From the IMG/VR virus record IMGVR_UViG_3300031853_001916, positions 45,785-65,784 of that record: DNA of 20,000 nucleotides. One strand, written 5' to 3'. This DNA is from an uncultured virus (IMG/VR IMGVR_UViG_3300031853_001916). Taxonomy: Duplodnaviria > Heunggongvirae > Uroviricota > Caudoviricetes. The translations under genes were made by a program, and so were the position numbers. Positions 6,530-14,883 of this stretch are shown here, piece by piece; the stretch's first letter is position 1, and every line of letters starts with the position of its first letter. The notes under the pieces are model-generated. The model was not told where the DNA came from and did no database searches. It saw only the letters and a program-made list of their open reading frames with translations.

Positions 6530-9500
6530 TTAAACTCCTTCACACTTCCGATTGGCATATCGGAAACTACAAAGGCCCTGTCAAAGAGGGCGTCAATCTC
6601 AGGTTCGCGGACATCGCGAACTGCCTCTCTTCTCTTGTCGAACAGGCAAGGACAGAACAGCCAGACGTCATAGTGATCTCCGGCGACATCTTCAATCAGG
6701 CTGAAGTCCAGGCCAACAGAGTTTCACAGGAAGTCGTGCTTGCCGAACAGACTATCCGGGGCCTGGCTGATACCACCAATAATGTGATCGTCCTTCGCGG
6801 CACACCAAACCACGACGGAGCCGGGCAGTTCCGGCTTCTGGAAGAACTCTTCCGCGATGATGCGAAGGTTAAGATCGCGACCACCCCGCAGGTGATCCAG
6901 ACAGCATATGCGGATTTCGCGTGTATCCCCGGATTTGACAAAGGTGTTTTCCGTGCGAAGTATCCTGGTCTCACATCGGAGGAAGAGAACCAGGTATGGA
7001 CCGAAGAAATCGGAAAGATCGTCCTCGGACTGCGAATCCAGTGCGAAGAAGGAAAGCCTGCGGTACTGGCCGCACACTACACTGTTCCGGGTTGCAACAC
7101 AGAATCCGGACAGACCAGTTTCTTTGCCAACTTTGAGCCGGTCATTCCGACCGAGGTTCTCCGCGCTGCTCAATTCGATGCAGCCTGCCTCGGCCATATC
7201 CACAGGCCCCAGCTGGTGTTCGGATTTGAAAACGTGTACTACGCCGGGGCGATCAATGCCCTCAACTTCAACGACGAGGGACAGGAACGTGGCTTCTATG
7301 TCCACGAATTTGACCAGAGACGGCTTGTAAACTCCACCTTCCATATTCTCCCGTACCGGCCTCATGTGACGCTGAAATGGGCTCCTGAGGACGTTACTGA
7401 ATACCTCCAGTCTCCTACGCTGTATGTCGCGGCACATCAGCTGAACGATGTGGTGGCCGACAAGATCGTCCGGGTGCATTTCAAATGTACTCCGGAGCAG
7501 AAGGAAGCCATGAACATTCCGCTGCTCCAGTCACAGCTTTATGAGGCAGGGGCTTTCTATGTTGCTGAGATCGAGGCCGACACCACGGCAGAGGTCACGA
7601 ATAAGGATCTTCTTTCCGAAGAATCGGATCCGCTTGCAAACCTGAAGAAATGGCTTGAAGAAAAACAGTTCCCGGATCCGAACGAGATCGCCGAGCTTGG
7701 CGAACCGATCATCAGGAAAGCACAGATGTTGGCGGTCACATCGAAAGTGCATGGTGTGTTCCGTCCGGTTCACATCAAGGTCCACAACTACCGGAACTAT
7801 AAAGACGCAGAATTCGACTTCACGGACATCAAGTTCTGCACGATCAATGGCCAGAACGGAGCCGGTAAGTCCTCTCTCTTCATGGACGCAATCATTGACG
7901 CGCTTTACGAGGAGCCGAGGGAAGGAGACCTCAAGGGCTGGATCCGCGCCACAGAGGACGCAAGAGGTGGCTCGATCGAGTTCGTTTTCGACATCGGGGA
8001 AAGCCGGTTCCGCGTGGTCCGGACGAGAGTAAAGTCAGGCAGGGCAACGCTGAACATATCACAGCTCGGCAAAGATGGCGTGACATGGGAGAACAGGTCA
8101 AAGGAACGTTTCGCAGACACACAGGAAGAAATCATCAACATTATCGGGATGGACAGCATGACATTCCGCTCCTGTGCTCTCATCATGCAGGATCAGTACG
8201 GGCTCTTCCTGCAGGCAAAGAAGGAAGACCGTGTTTCAATCCTTGCCAACCTTCTCGGCCTCGGCATTTACCAGTACATGGAAAAGATCGCCAGGGACAA
8301 TCTGGCAGACGTCAAGAGGGCACTTGCCGCCGCGCGTGAGGACGTCAGGATCCACACAGAGCAGATCAACCAGAAGGGAGATCCGGAAAAGGAGCTGCAG
8401 GATCTGGAGACGATGCTCAGCTCATTCCGGAAGGAGGGCGAAATCCTTCAGGCAAAATATGATCTTCTCAAGGAAAAATCCGCTTCTTACGCGAAAGCAC
8501 TTGAGGAATACCAGAAGGCTTCAGCAGAAAGGGATAAGAAAAAGGCTGATACAGAATCTGATGAAAAGGCCATTTCGGAGCTGAATACGAATATCCAGGC
8601 ATGCGATATGCAATTGGCCAAATCAGAGGAGATCAGGAAAAAAGCTGCCGAATGCGAAGAAGCCGAAAGCCTCATGAACAGCTTGCATGCAGATGTGATC
8701 CGCAGGGATGAGATTGTCAGCCAGCAGGAACAGAAGCAGCGCGAAGCTGTCGCGCTCAACCTCAGGGCAGATTCATTAAGGACATCAATCGAGGCATCAA
8801 AGAAGAAGATCGACAGCCTCCGTGGAGATTCCGTTCCGGCAGACATTGACCAGAAGATCGCTGACCTCGCCACTGCCAGAAAAGAAATGGAAGCGCTGCG
8901 GGAAAAGAAGGATCAGGAATCGGCGCTTATGGCAGCATCAGCTGATGAGATTTCCAAAATCCAAAAAGAAGTCATGGGCTACATGTCAGATCAGCGCTTA
9001 AAGGATGCGGAGTTCAGCCGGTGCATGGAGCAGAAAAAATTCCTTGAAAACTCCGGATGCCCGATCGTGGAGACGGCAACATGCAAATTCCTTGCTCAGG
9101 CGAAAGCCGATGCAGATAAGGTCGCAGATCTGAGAGCTGTCGTGAACGGACTTGGAGTCGCTATCATAGACGCACAGGAACGGCTGTGCGATCGGAAGGA
9201 AGAGCTTGAGGCAAAGCGGAAGGAAATCGGATACAGCGCCGAAAAGGAATCGGAGCTGGTATCACTTATCAACACCCTTACGCCTTATGAAACAATCAGA
9301 AAACAGCATGAAGATGCGGAACGAGCTGTGAGCCGTTTAGAGGGCGAGATCATATCTACCCAAGAATCACTTAAGCAATGCGAGGAAAAGGCCGTAGAGG
9401 TCAAATCAGAGGCTCTCAGGCTTGCAGAAACGGCGAATACCCTCTCAGAATCCGTGGCGAAGTACACACAGGCGAAGGCCGTGCATGGCACTCTCCTGCC

Positions 9501-10365
9501 ATACATCTCGCAGCGGAATGAGATCCCTCTCTGGGAGGAACGCCGGAAGCACTATCAGGAGAACCTTGAAGCGGCGAAGGCAAAGCGAACCGAAGACGAG
9601 CACGCTCTGACGGATGCCATCGTCCGCATGACAGGCGCTAAGACAGAACTTGACACCTTTGATTCCGACATCGAAGAGAAAATGTTCGACATGGAACTGA
9701 AGCTGAAGGCAAACGCCCAGACTCAGGAACGGCTGAACATCACGAAGGGCACGCTCACTCAGAAACTGGAGGACATCGGGTCGTTGAAGGAACAGATCTC
9801 CGTCCTCCAGAAAAAGATCGATGCTGACGCGGTTCTCTCGGTCAGGTATGACGCGCTGAAGCAGGCCTTCAGTCAGGATGGGGTTCCTCACCAGATCATC
9901 AGGAACATCATTCCTCATATCACCGATACGGCCAACTCGATCCTCGGATCAATGACCGGCGGGACGATGGGCGTGGAGTTCGTTCTGGACAAGATCGTGA
10001 AGGGAACAGGGAACGAGAAGGCGACCCTTGATGTGCTGATTGACGAGTACGGAAAGACAAAGCTGCCTTACGCAGCGAAGTCCGGCGGTGAAAAGGTTAA
10101 GTCCTCTCTCGCCGTTATCCTCTCCCTTTCAGAGATCAAAGCAACCGCCGCCGGGATCCAGCTGGGCATGCTCCACATTGACGAGCCACCGTTCCTGGAT
10201 GACGAAGGCACACAGGCATATGTCGACGCAATGGAAGCGATCAGGCAGAGATACCCGAACATGGAAATCATGGCAATCACACATGATGATGAGTTCAAGG
10301 CCAGGTTCAGTCAGAGCGTCACAGTAACAAAGGACGATGACGGAAGTCACGTCCAGTGGGATTAA
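6526..10365 (+). CDS. Fused SbcD (Mre11-like metallophosphoesterase nuclease)-SbcC (Rad50/SMC-like ATPase), about 1279 aa
   Basis: Nuclease motifs HTSDWH, SGDIF, GTPNHD and LGHIH. ATPase motifs Walker A GQNGAGKS, Q-loop LIMQ, long coiled coil, signature KSGGE, Walker B HIDEP and H-loop ITHD. All in one uninterrupted frame; ATGA-coupled start. Confidence 0.95.
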   Translation: MIKLLHTSDWHIGNYKGPVKEGVNLRFADIANCLSSLVEQARTEQPDVIVISGDIFNQAEVQANRVSQEVVLAEQTIRGLADTTNNVIVLRGTPNHDGAGQFRLLEELFRDDAKVKIATTPQVIQTAYADFACIPGFDKGVFRAKYPGLTSEEENQVWTEEIGKIVLGLRIQCEEGKPAVLAAHYTVPGCNTESGQTSFFANFEPVIPTEVLRAAQFDAACLGHIHRPQLVFGFENVYYAGAINALNFNDEGQERGFYVHEFDQRRLVNSTFHILPYRPHVTLKWAPEDVTEYLQSPTLYVAAHQLNDVVADKIVRVHFKCTPEQKEAMNIPLLQSQLYEAGAFYVAEIEADTTAEVTNKDLLSEESDPLANLKKWLEEKQFPDPNEIAELGEPIIRKAQMLAVTSKVHGVFRPVHIKVHNYRNYKDAEFDFTDIKFCTINGQNGAGKSSLFMDAIIDALYEEPREGDLKGWIRATEDARGGSIEFVFDIGESRFRVVRTRVKSGRATLNISQLGKDGVTWENRSKERFADTQEEIINIIGMDSMTFRSCALIMQDQYGLFLQAKKEDRVSILANLLGLGIYQYMEKIARDNLADVKRALAAAREDVRIHTEQINQKGDPEKELQDLETMLSSFRKEGEILQAKYDLLKEKSASYAKALEEYQKASAERDKKKADTESDEKAISELNTNIQACDMQLAKSEEIRKKAAECEEAESLMNSLHADVIRRDEIVSQQEQKQREAVALNLRADSLRTSIEASKKKIDSLRGDSVPADIDQKIADLATARKEMEALREKKDQESALMAASADEISKIQKEVMGYMSDQRLKDAEFSRCMEQKKFLENSGCPIVETATCKFLAQAKADADKVADLRAVVNGLGVAIIDAQERLCDRKEELEAKRKEIGYSAEKESELVSLINTLTPYETIRKQHEDAERAVSRLEGEIISTQESLKQCEEKAVEVKSEALRLAETANTLSESVAKYTQAKAVHGTLLPYISQRNEIPLWEERRKHYQENLEAAKAKRTEDEHALTDAIVRMTGAKTELDTFDSDIEEKMFDMELKLKANAQTQERLNITKGTLTQKLEDIGSLKEQISVLQKKIDADAVLSVRYDALKQAFSQDGVPHQIIRNIIPHITDTANSILGSMTGGTMGVEFVLDKIVKGTGNEKATLDVLIDEYGKTKLPYAAKSGGEKVKSSLAVILSLSEIKATAAGIQLGMLHIDEPPFLDDEGTQAYVDAMEAIRQRYPNMEIMAITHDDEFKARFSQSVTVTKDDDGSHVQWD

Positions 10366-10380
10366 TGGGGAGGTGGTGAT

Positions 10381-11247
10381 GTGCCAAACAGGATATTGAA
10401 AGAGAGCATCTGCCGAAGCGATGAGATCGATTCCTTATCCTGGTTTGAAGAGTGTCTGTTTTATAGGCTGATCGTCAATTGCGACGATTACGGAAGGTTC
10501 GATGGGCGGGAGAAGATTATAAACAGCATTTGTTTTCCTCTCAAAGATATCAGAGACTCCGATCTAAAGAAGGCCCTCGATAAGTTATCCGCGGCAGGAC
10601 TGGTACAAAGGTACGTGGTACAGGGAAGACCCGTCCTGCAACTGGTAACATGGGAGCGCCACCAACAGATCCGGGCCAAGAAAAGCAAGTATCCTGCACC
10701 TGATGCAACTTGCATGCAAATGATATCAGATGATTTCAAATGTCCCCGTAATCCAATCCAATCCAATCCGAATCAGAATCCGAATCAAAATATATGCTCA
10801 GAGCCGGTTGGCTCCGAGCAGGTTCTGGAGGATAGCCAAAAGATGCCGGCAAGAAACAAACAGCGAGAAGCAAACGAACTGTTTGAGAGGTTATGGGACA
10901 GATACCCGAACAAAAGGGGCAAAGGAAACGTCAGTGATGCAAAGAAAAGAGCTCTGCTTGAAATCGGGGAAGAACAAATGATGCGTGCCATCCAGCGTTA
11001 TGTCGATGAACACAATGCAAGGGAACGCAGTGGAGCATTCACCCCGAACTGGAAGAACGGCAGCACTTTTTTCAATAGTGGATATCTGGATTATCTGGAT
11101 GAAAACTACTCTCCTGCGCCAGTTGAGAATCAGGTACGGCACAATAATTTCCAGAATTTTGAGTCAAGCGGAACAGACTGGGATGCCGTGTCAGATCAGA
11201 TAATCCTTGCACAGGAGGAATCAATGCAGGAAGGAGGTGGAACATGA
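10381..11247 (+). CDS. Phage replication initiator / replisome organizer
   Basis: N-terminal MPNRILKESI...LFYRLIVNCDDYGRF, low-complexity NPIQSNPNQNPN linker and C-terminal FERLWDRYPNKRGK...GSTFFN; GGGAGGTG RBS with GTG start. Confidence 0.85.
   Translation: MPNRILKESICRSDEIDSLSWFEECLFYRLIVNCDDYGRFDGREKIINSICFPLKDIRDSDLKKALDKLSAAGLVQRYVVQGRPVLQLVTWERHQQIRAKKSKYPAPDATCMQMISDDFKCPRNPIQSNPNQNPNQNICSEPVGSEQVLEDSQKMPARNKQREANELFERLWDRYPNKRGKGNVSDAKKRALLEIGEEQMMRAIQRYVDEHNARERSGAFTPNWKNGSTFFNSGYLDYLDENYSPAPVENQVRHNNFQNFESSGTDWDAVSDQIILAQEESMQEGGGT
10750..10786 (+). repeat. Tandem AATCC x4 followed by GAATC(A/C) repeats inside the initiator gene
   Basis: aatccaatccaatccaatccgaatcagaatccgaatc read directly. 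Confidence 0.8.
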
Positions 11248-12116
11248 ACATCCGGGCGCAGAACGAGAATGAAAAAGCCTTTCTGGACATCATACAAAGC
11301 ATGACCGGAAGCTATCAAACCTGGCAGGTGTGGTCGGATGTCCTTGCAATTATGGCGATCACGGTTAGCAATTCCGTGGATAAGCTGGAAGATCGCCGGG
11401 AACGGAGGGAACAGGAATACCTGGAGCTGATCAGAAAGCATGATCCTGACAAAGTGGCCAGGCTTTTTGCCGCTTTAGTCAAAGCATTGGATGACAACCC
11501 TGATCAGGACTTTCTGGGGAGTATGTACATGAGGCTTAATCTTGGGAGCCATTGGCATGGACAATTCTTTACTCCGTATGACGTCTGCAGAATGAGCGCA
11601 GAAATCACAGTGGATGTTGAGAAACTGAAAGAGCAGCCGCGATACATATCCCTCTGCGATCCGGCGATCGGCGGCGGCGCCATGCTGATCGCAGCGGCCC
11701 GGGTGTTACAGAGAGCAGGTATCAACTACCAGACACAGGCATGTTTTGTAGGCCAGGACATTGACCGTATTGCAGGTCAAATGGCTTATCTACAGATGTC
11801 ACTGCTCGGGATGCCGGGGTATGTCGTTATAGCAAACACTATCACGGATCCGATTGTTGGCGGACCTTTGAATCCGATTGAGAAGCCGTCGCAGGAATTC
11901 TGGTATACGCCGTTCTGGTACACAGATGTCTGGCAGATGCGCCGGGTCTGGTACAGCATGGACAGCATGATAAGGAGATCCAAGACGGTACGGGAAAACG
12001 CCGTGGTTATAGACACAGATAAGGCAGCAAAACGGCACGATAGTTTCACATTCTTTTTCAATTTCGAGGAAGGGGAACAAAATGTCAGAACTAACCAAAC
12101 AGCAGAAAGCGTCTGA
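11244..12116 (+). CDS. N6-adenine DNA methyltransferase-like protein (HsdM/N6_Mtase type, short)
   Basis: DFLGSMY, GQFFTP, SAM-binding motif I CDPAIGGGAML and GQDID are present; no NPP(Y/F). Confidence 0.8.
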   Translation: MNIRAQNENEKAFLDIIQSMTGSYQTWQVWSDVLAIMAITVSNSVDKLEDRRERREQEYLELIRKHDPDKVARLFAALVKALDDNPDQDFLGSMYMRLNLGSHWHGQFFTPYDVCRMSAEITVDVEKLKEQPRYISLCDPAIGGGAMLIAAARVLQRAGINYQTQACFVGQDIDRIAGQMAYLQMSLLGMPGYVVIANTITDPIVGGPLNPIEKPSQEFWYTPFWYTDVWQMRRVWYSMDSMIRRSKTVRENAVVIDTDKAAKRHDSFTFFFNFEEGEQNVRTNQTAESV

Positions 12117-12630
12117 AAAGCTGGATGCTATGTATGCAGGAATTCCAAAAAAAGAGGAACAGCAAAGATTCCTCGCTGAGAAGATCGTCGAATATCTGAA
12201 AAGCCGCATCGCCGAAGATGAAGGCCTGGCAGAGGATATTCTTAAGGCCGGAAAGGACTGGAGCGGATGCAACAGCTATCTATTCAGCCAGGCGAAGGCG
12301 GCAGCTAAAGGTGGACGCGGATTCTACGCGGAGGGTGGAACAATCCTTGAATGGGCTGAAGACTATTTCCGCAGTAACACCAAGGCAACCGGTAAGGCCC
12401 CTGCACTTGCAAAAAAGGCCTCAGGCAAGGTTAAAGCTGCAAAGCCGAAGGATTCCAAGTCCGACATGGGAAAGGCCACAGAGAAGGCCGCAGCAACGCC
12501 TGAGGAGCATGAGCCGGACATCTTAGCAAAACCAAAAACACATAAAACGCCGAAAAGAACCAAGAAACAGACAGATGAGGAAATCGGACAAATGACTATC
12601 TTCGATCTCCTTGGAGGCGTCAATGGATAA
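12082..12630 (+). CDS. PcfK-like protein (family that includes the Cas9 inhibitor AcrIIA9)
   Basis: IVEYLKSRIAEDEGLAEDILKAGKDWSGCNSYLFSQAK...ILEWAEDYF core, K/A-rich tail ending GQMTIFDLL, directly upstream of a PcfJ gene. Confidence 0.75.
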   Translation: MSELTKQQKASEKLDAMYAGIPKKEEQQRFLAEKIVEYLKSRIAEDEGLAEDILKAGKDWSGCNSYLFSQAKAAAKGGRGFYAEGGTILEWAEDYFRSNTKATGKAPALAKKASGKVKAAKPKDSKSDMGKATEKAAATPEEHEPDILAKPKTHKTPKRTKKQTDEEIGQMTIFDLLGGVNG

Positions 12631-14674
12631 GAAAATGCTCCGGCAGATACCACAGCCTGAGACAAAGCCGGAGTATATAGAGATGGCCAGAAGCCTGCAG
12701 GCAAAAGACCGCTGGCTGCTTCAGGTGAACGAAATGGACGGAATCCTGCAGGTCATTGCATGGGACGCAGATAAACTGCGGAACGGAAAAGGCGCAGAAG
12801 CAAGGTACAGATTCTTCATTGGAAACGATGATTACATAACTCAGGATCTGTCTGTCAAAAAAACCAAGTGGCTGACTGGTAAGGCTTCCAACATCCTACA
12901 CCTTGGTTACTGGAACAACGGATGGGCTGGTACGACATTTGTAAACACACAAAGCAGGGAACTGTTTGAGAAGAGATTTCCTCCGAAAAGACGGGACTGG
13001 TGGAGTGAAAAAGTCGAACCGTCACCTTTGCTCACACTGGAAGAATGGCAGAACACGATTCTGCAGAGAAGACTGAATGAAAGGTATGACCGGGAACTGG
13101 CCCACACAAACCAGATGATGCAGCTCGTCCCGGACCTCCCGGAAGACTTTGAGACGTGGATCCACGACTATGGCATGAGGACACACAGGTATCTGGTCTA
13201 TGACGGTAACAGCCATAAGCGGATCCGGGAAGCGTTCTGTACAGAATGCGGGCAGCACATGGAGATCGACTCCAAAAAGATACGGCTACGGATGAATGAG
13301 TGGGGAGAATGCCCTTGCTGCTCCAGCCCGGTGGTCATGAAGACTATAAAGCGCTGGCACGACCATGAGACCGGTCGGTGCGACATTACCATCGTCCAGA
13401 AGCTGGATGACGGAAGGCTGCTGTTCCGTTGCTTCATGGTTTTCTACGACTTCCACAAAAAAACATTCCCGCTTCTGTCAATCACGAAGAAGCAGTCATA
13501 CTACGAAATCTACAGGGTATTCATAGACGGGAGGATGTGGGAATCCTTTGAGCATGCGGAGTACAAAACGTCGCGGAAAACCTGTTGGTGCCCGGACACC
13601 GGAAAGAATAACATCGAGAAATTCATCATTCGGCGCGATGGCCTTCGTGAGCTTCTGGCAGGAACTCCTTACCAGTACAGCGGAATCGAAGTGCTGCAGG
13701 AAAAGGAGGAATTCAAGAGCATTGAGCCTTTCCGTTACCTTCGCGCTTATGAGAAATGCCCGGAGCTTGAAATGGTGGTTAAGGCAGGGCTGACACGCCT
13801 GGCGCATGAAATCATGCACGACGTCCTGTACTGGCACTATAAAGGGATTCCGAAAGAATTAAAGACACTCTCCAAGCAGCACCTCCGTATGCTCCGGAAT
13901 ATGAACGGCGGGAAAAGCATGATAGATCTCCTTCACAAAATCGAACTCGGAAAAATACAGATTAGAGAAAGGGATCTTGAAGAGTTTGTTAATTGCTTCG
14001 GACCGTCTGAACGTACCCTTCATGACTTCATCATTCATGAGGTTCCGGTAAGAAAATTCACCCGGTATGTCATGAAGCAGACAGGACGCAGAAAGAAGGA
14101 CATTTCATCAAGGGCAGACTTCATGCACGACTGGAAAGACTACTGGGGCTGGTGTGAGGAGCTGGGCTATGACATGCACGACGAATACGTTATGATGCCG
14201 CCGCACTTCAGAACAGCCCATGACAGGGTATTGAAGGAGCTTGAAGCCAGGCGCGACGAAAACATGAGGCAGGCCATGGAGGAAGTCAACAGGCTATTTG
14301 AAGAACAGATGCAATCTATGCACAAAGAAATCACGGAAGATCCGATAAAGCTGAAATCCAGAAAATATATGCTCGTACTCCCATCGTCGGCAGACGACCT
14401 GAAGCGCGAAGGGCAGACACTGCATCATTGTGTGGCTACTTACGCGGACCGGGTAGCGAAGAAACAGACCATGATCCTGTTTGTAAGAAAGGTTGATGCT
14501 CCGGAGGAACCGTTCTTCACGATGGAGTGGCGCGATAACCGGGTAATCCAGTGTCGCGGATCACATAACTGTGACATGCCTGGAGACGTAAAGGCTTTTG
14601 TCAGTGCATTTGAGAAGCAGATGCAGAAGGCGCGGGAAGAAAAACCGCCGAGACTGAAAGTGAGGGCGGGCTGA
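12623..14674 (+). CDS. PcfJ domain-containing protein
   Basis: C-terminal LKREGQTLHHCVATY...ILFVRK...PFFTMEW...IQCRGSHN PcfJ signature; internal CTEC...CPCC Zn ribbon; GGAGG RBS before ATG 12623. Confidence 0.88.
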   Translation: MDKKMLRQIPQPETKPEYIEMARSLQAKDRWLLQVNEMDGILQVIAWDADKLRNGKGAEARYRFFIGNDDYITQDLSVKKTKWLTGKASNILHLGYWNNGWAGTTFVNTQSRELFEKRFPPKRRDWWSEKVEPSPLLTLEEWQNTILQRRLNERYDRELAHTNQMMQLVPDLPEDFETWIHDYGMRTHRYLVYDGNSHKRIREAFCTECGQHMEIDSKKIRLRMNEWGECPCCSSPVVMKTIKRWHDHETGRCDITIVQKLDDGRLLFRCFMVFYDFHKKTFPLLSITKKQSYYEIYRVFIDGRMWESFEHAEYKTSRKTCWCPDTGKNNIEKFIIRRDGLRELLAGTPYQYSGIEVLQEKEEFKSIEPFRYLRAYEKCPELEMVVKAGLTRLAHEIMHDVLYWHYKGIPKELKTLSKQHLRMLRNMNGGKSMIDLLHKIELGKIQIRERDLEEFVNCFGPSERTLHDFIIHEVPVRKFTRYVMKQTGRRKKDISSRADFMHDWKDYWGWCEELGYDMHDEYVMMPPHFRTAHDRVLKELEARRDENMRQAMEEVNRLFEEQMQSMHKEITEDPIKLKSRKYMLVLPSSADDLKREGQTLHHCVATYADRVAKKQTMILFVRKVDAPEEPFFTMEWRDNRVIQCRGSHNCDMPGDVKAFVSAFEKQMQKAREEKPPRLKVRAG

Positions 14675-14883
14675 TGAAGAGGCAGACAATACGGAGCATT
14701 CGGAAAGGATCCGTCCAGTGGAGCGAAGAGGACCGTCTGAACTTGGCAACGCTTCTGGTCAAATGCGGGTATTCGGTCAGGATAAACCGCCAGCCAGTGG
14801 AAGGATCCGAAGGTAAGAAGAACGCACAGATGGAATACACAGTCGAATACTGGGAGGACAACGATGCAGTACACGAGGATTGA
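14674..14883 (+). CDS. Hypothetical phage protein (69 aa)
   Basis: TGATG coupling; EEDRLNLATLLVKCGYSVR. Confidence 0.75.
   Translation: MKRQTIRSIRKGSVQWSEEDRLNLATLLVKCGYSVRINRQPVEGSEGKKNAQMEYTVEYWEDNDAVHED

Noticed and set aside
6724..7479. 251-aa minus-strand ORF and other antisense ORFs within the SbcDC gene
   Set aside because: Shadow frames of a motif-rich sense gene, with no recognisable domain.
6526..10365. SMC-based defence system (Wadjet or Lamassu)
   Set aside because: No kleisin/KITE or effector partners; the SbcD nuclease fusion within a phage early operon favours recombination or replication.
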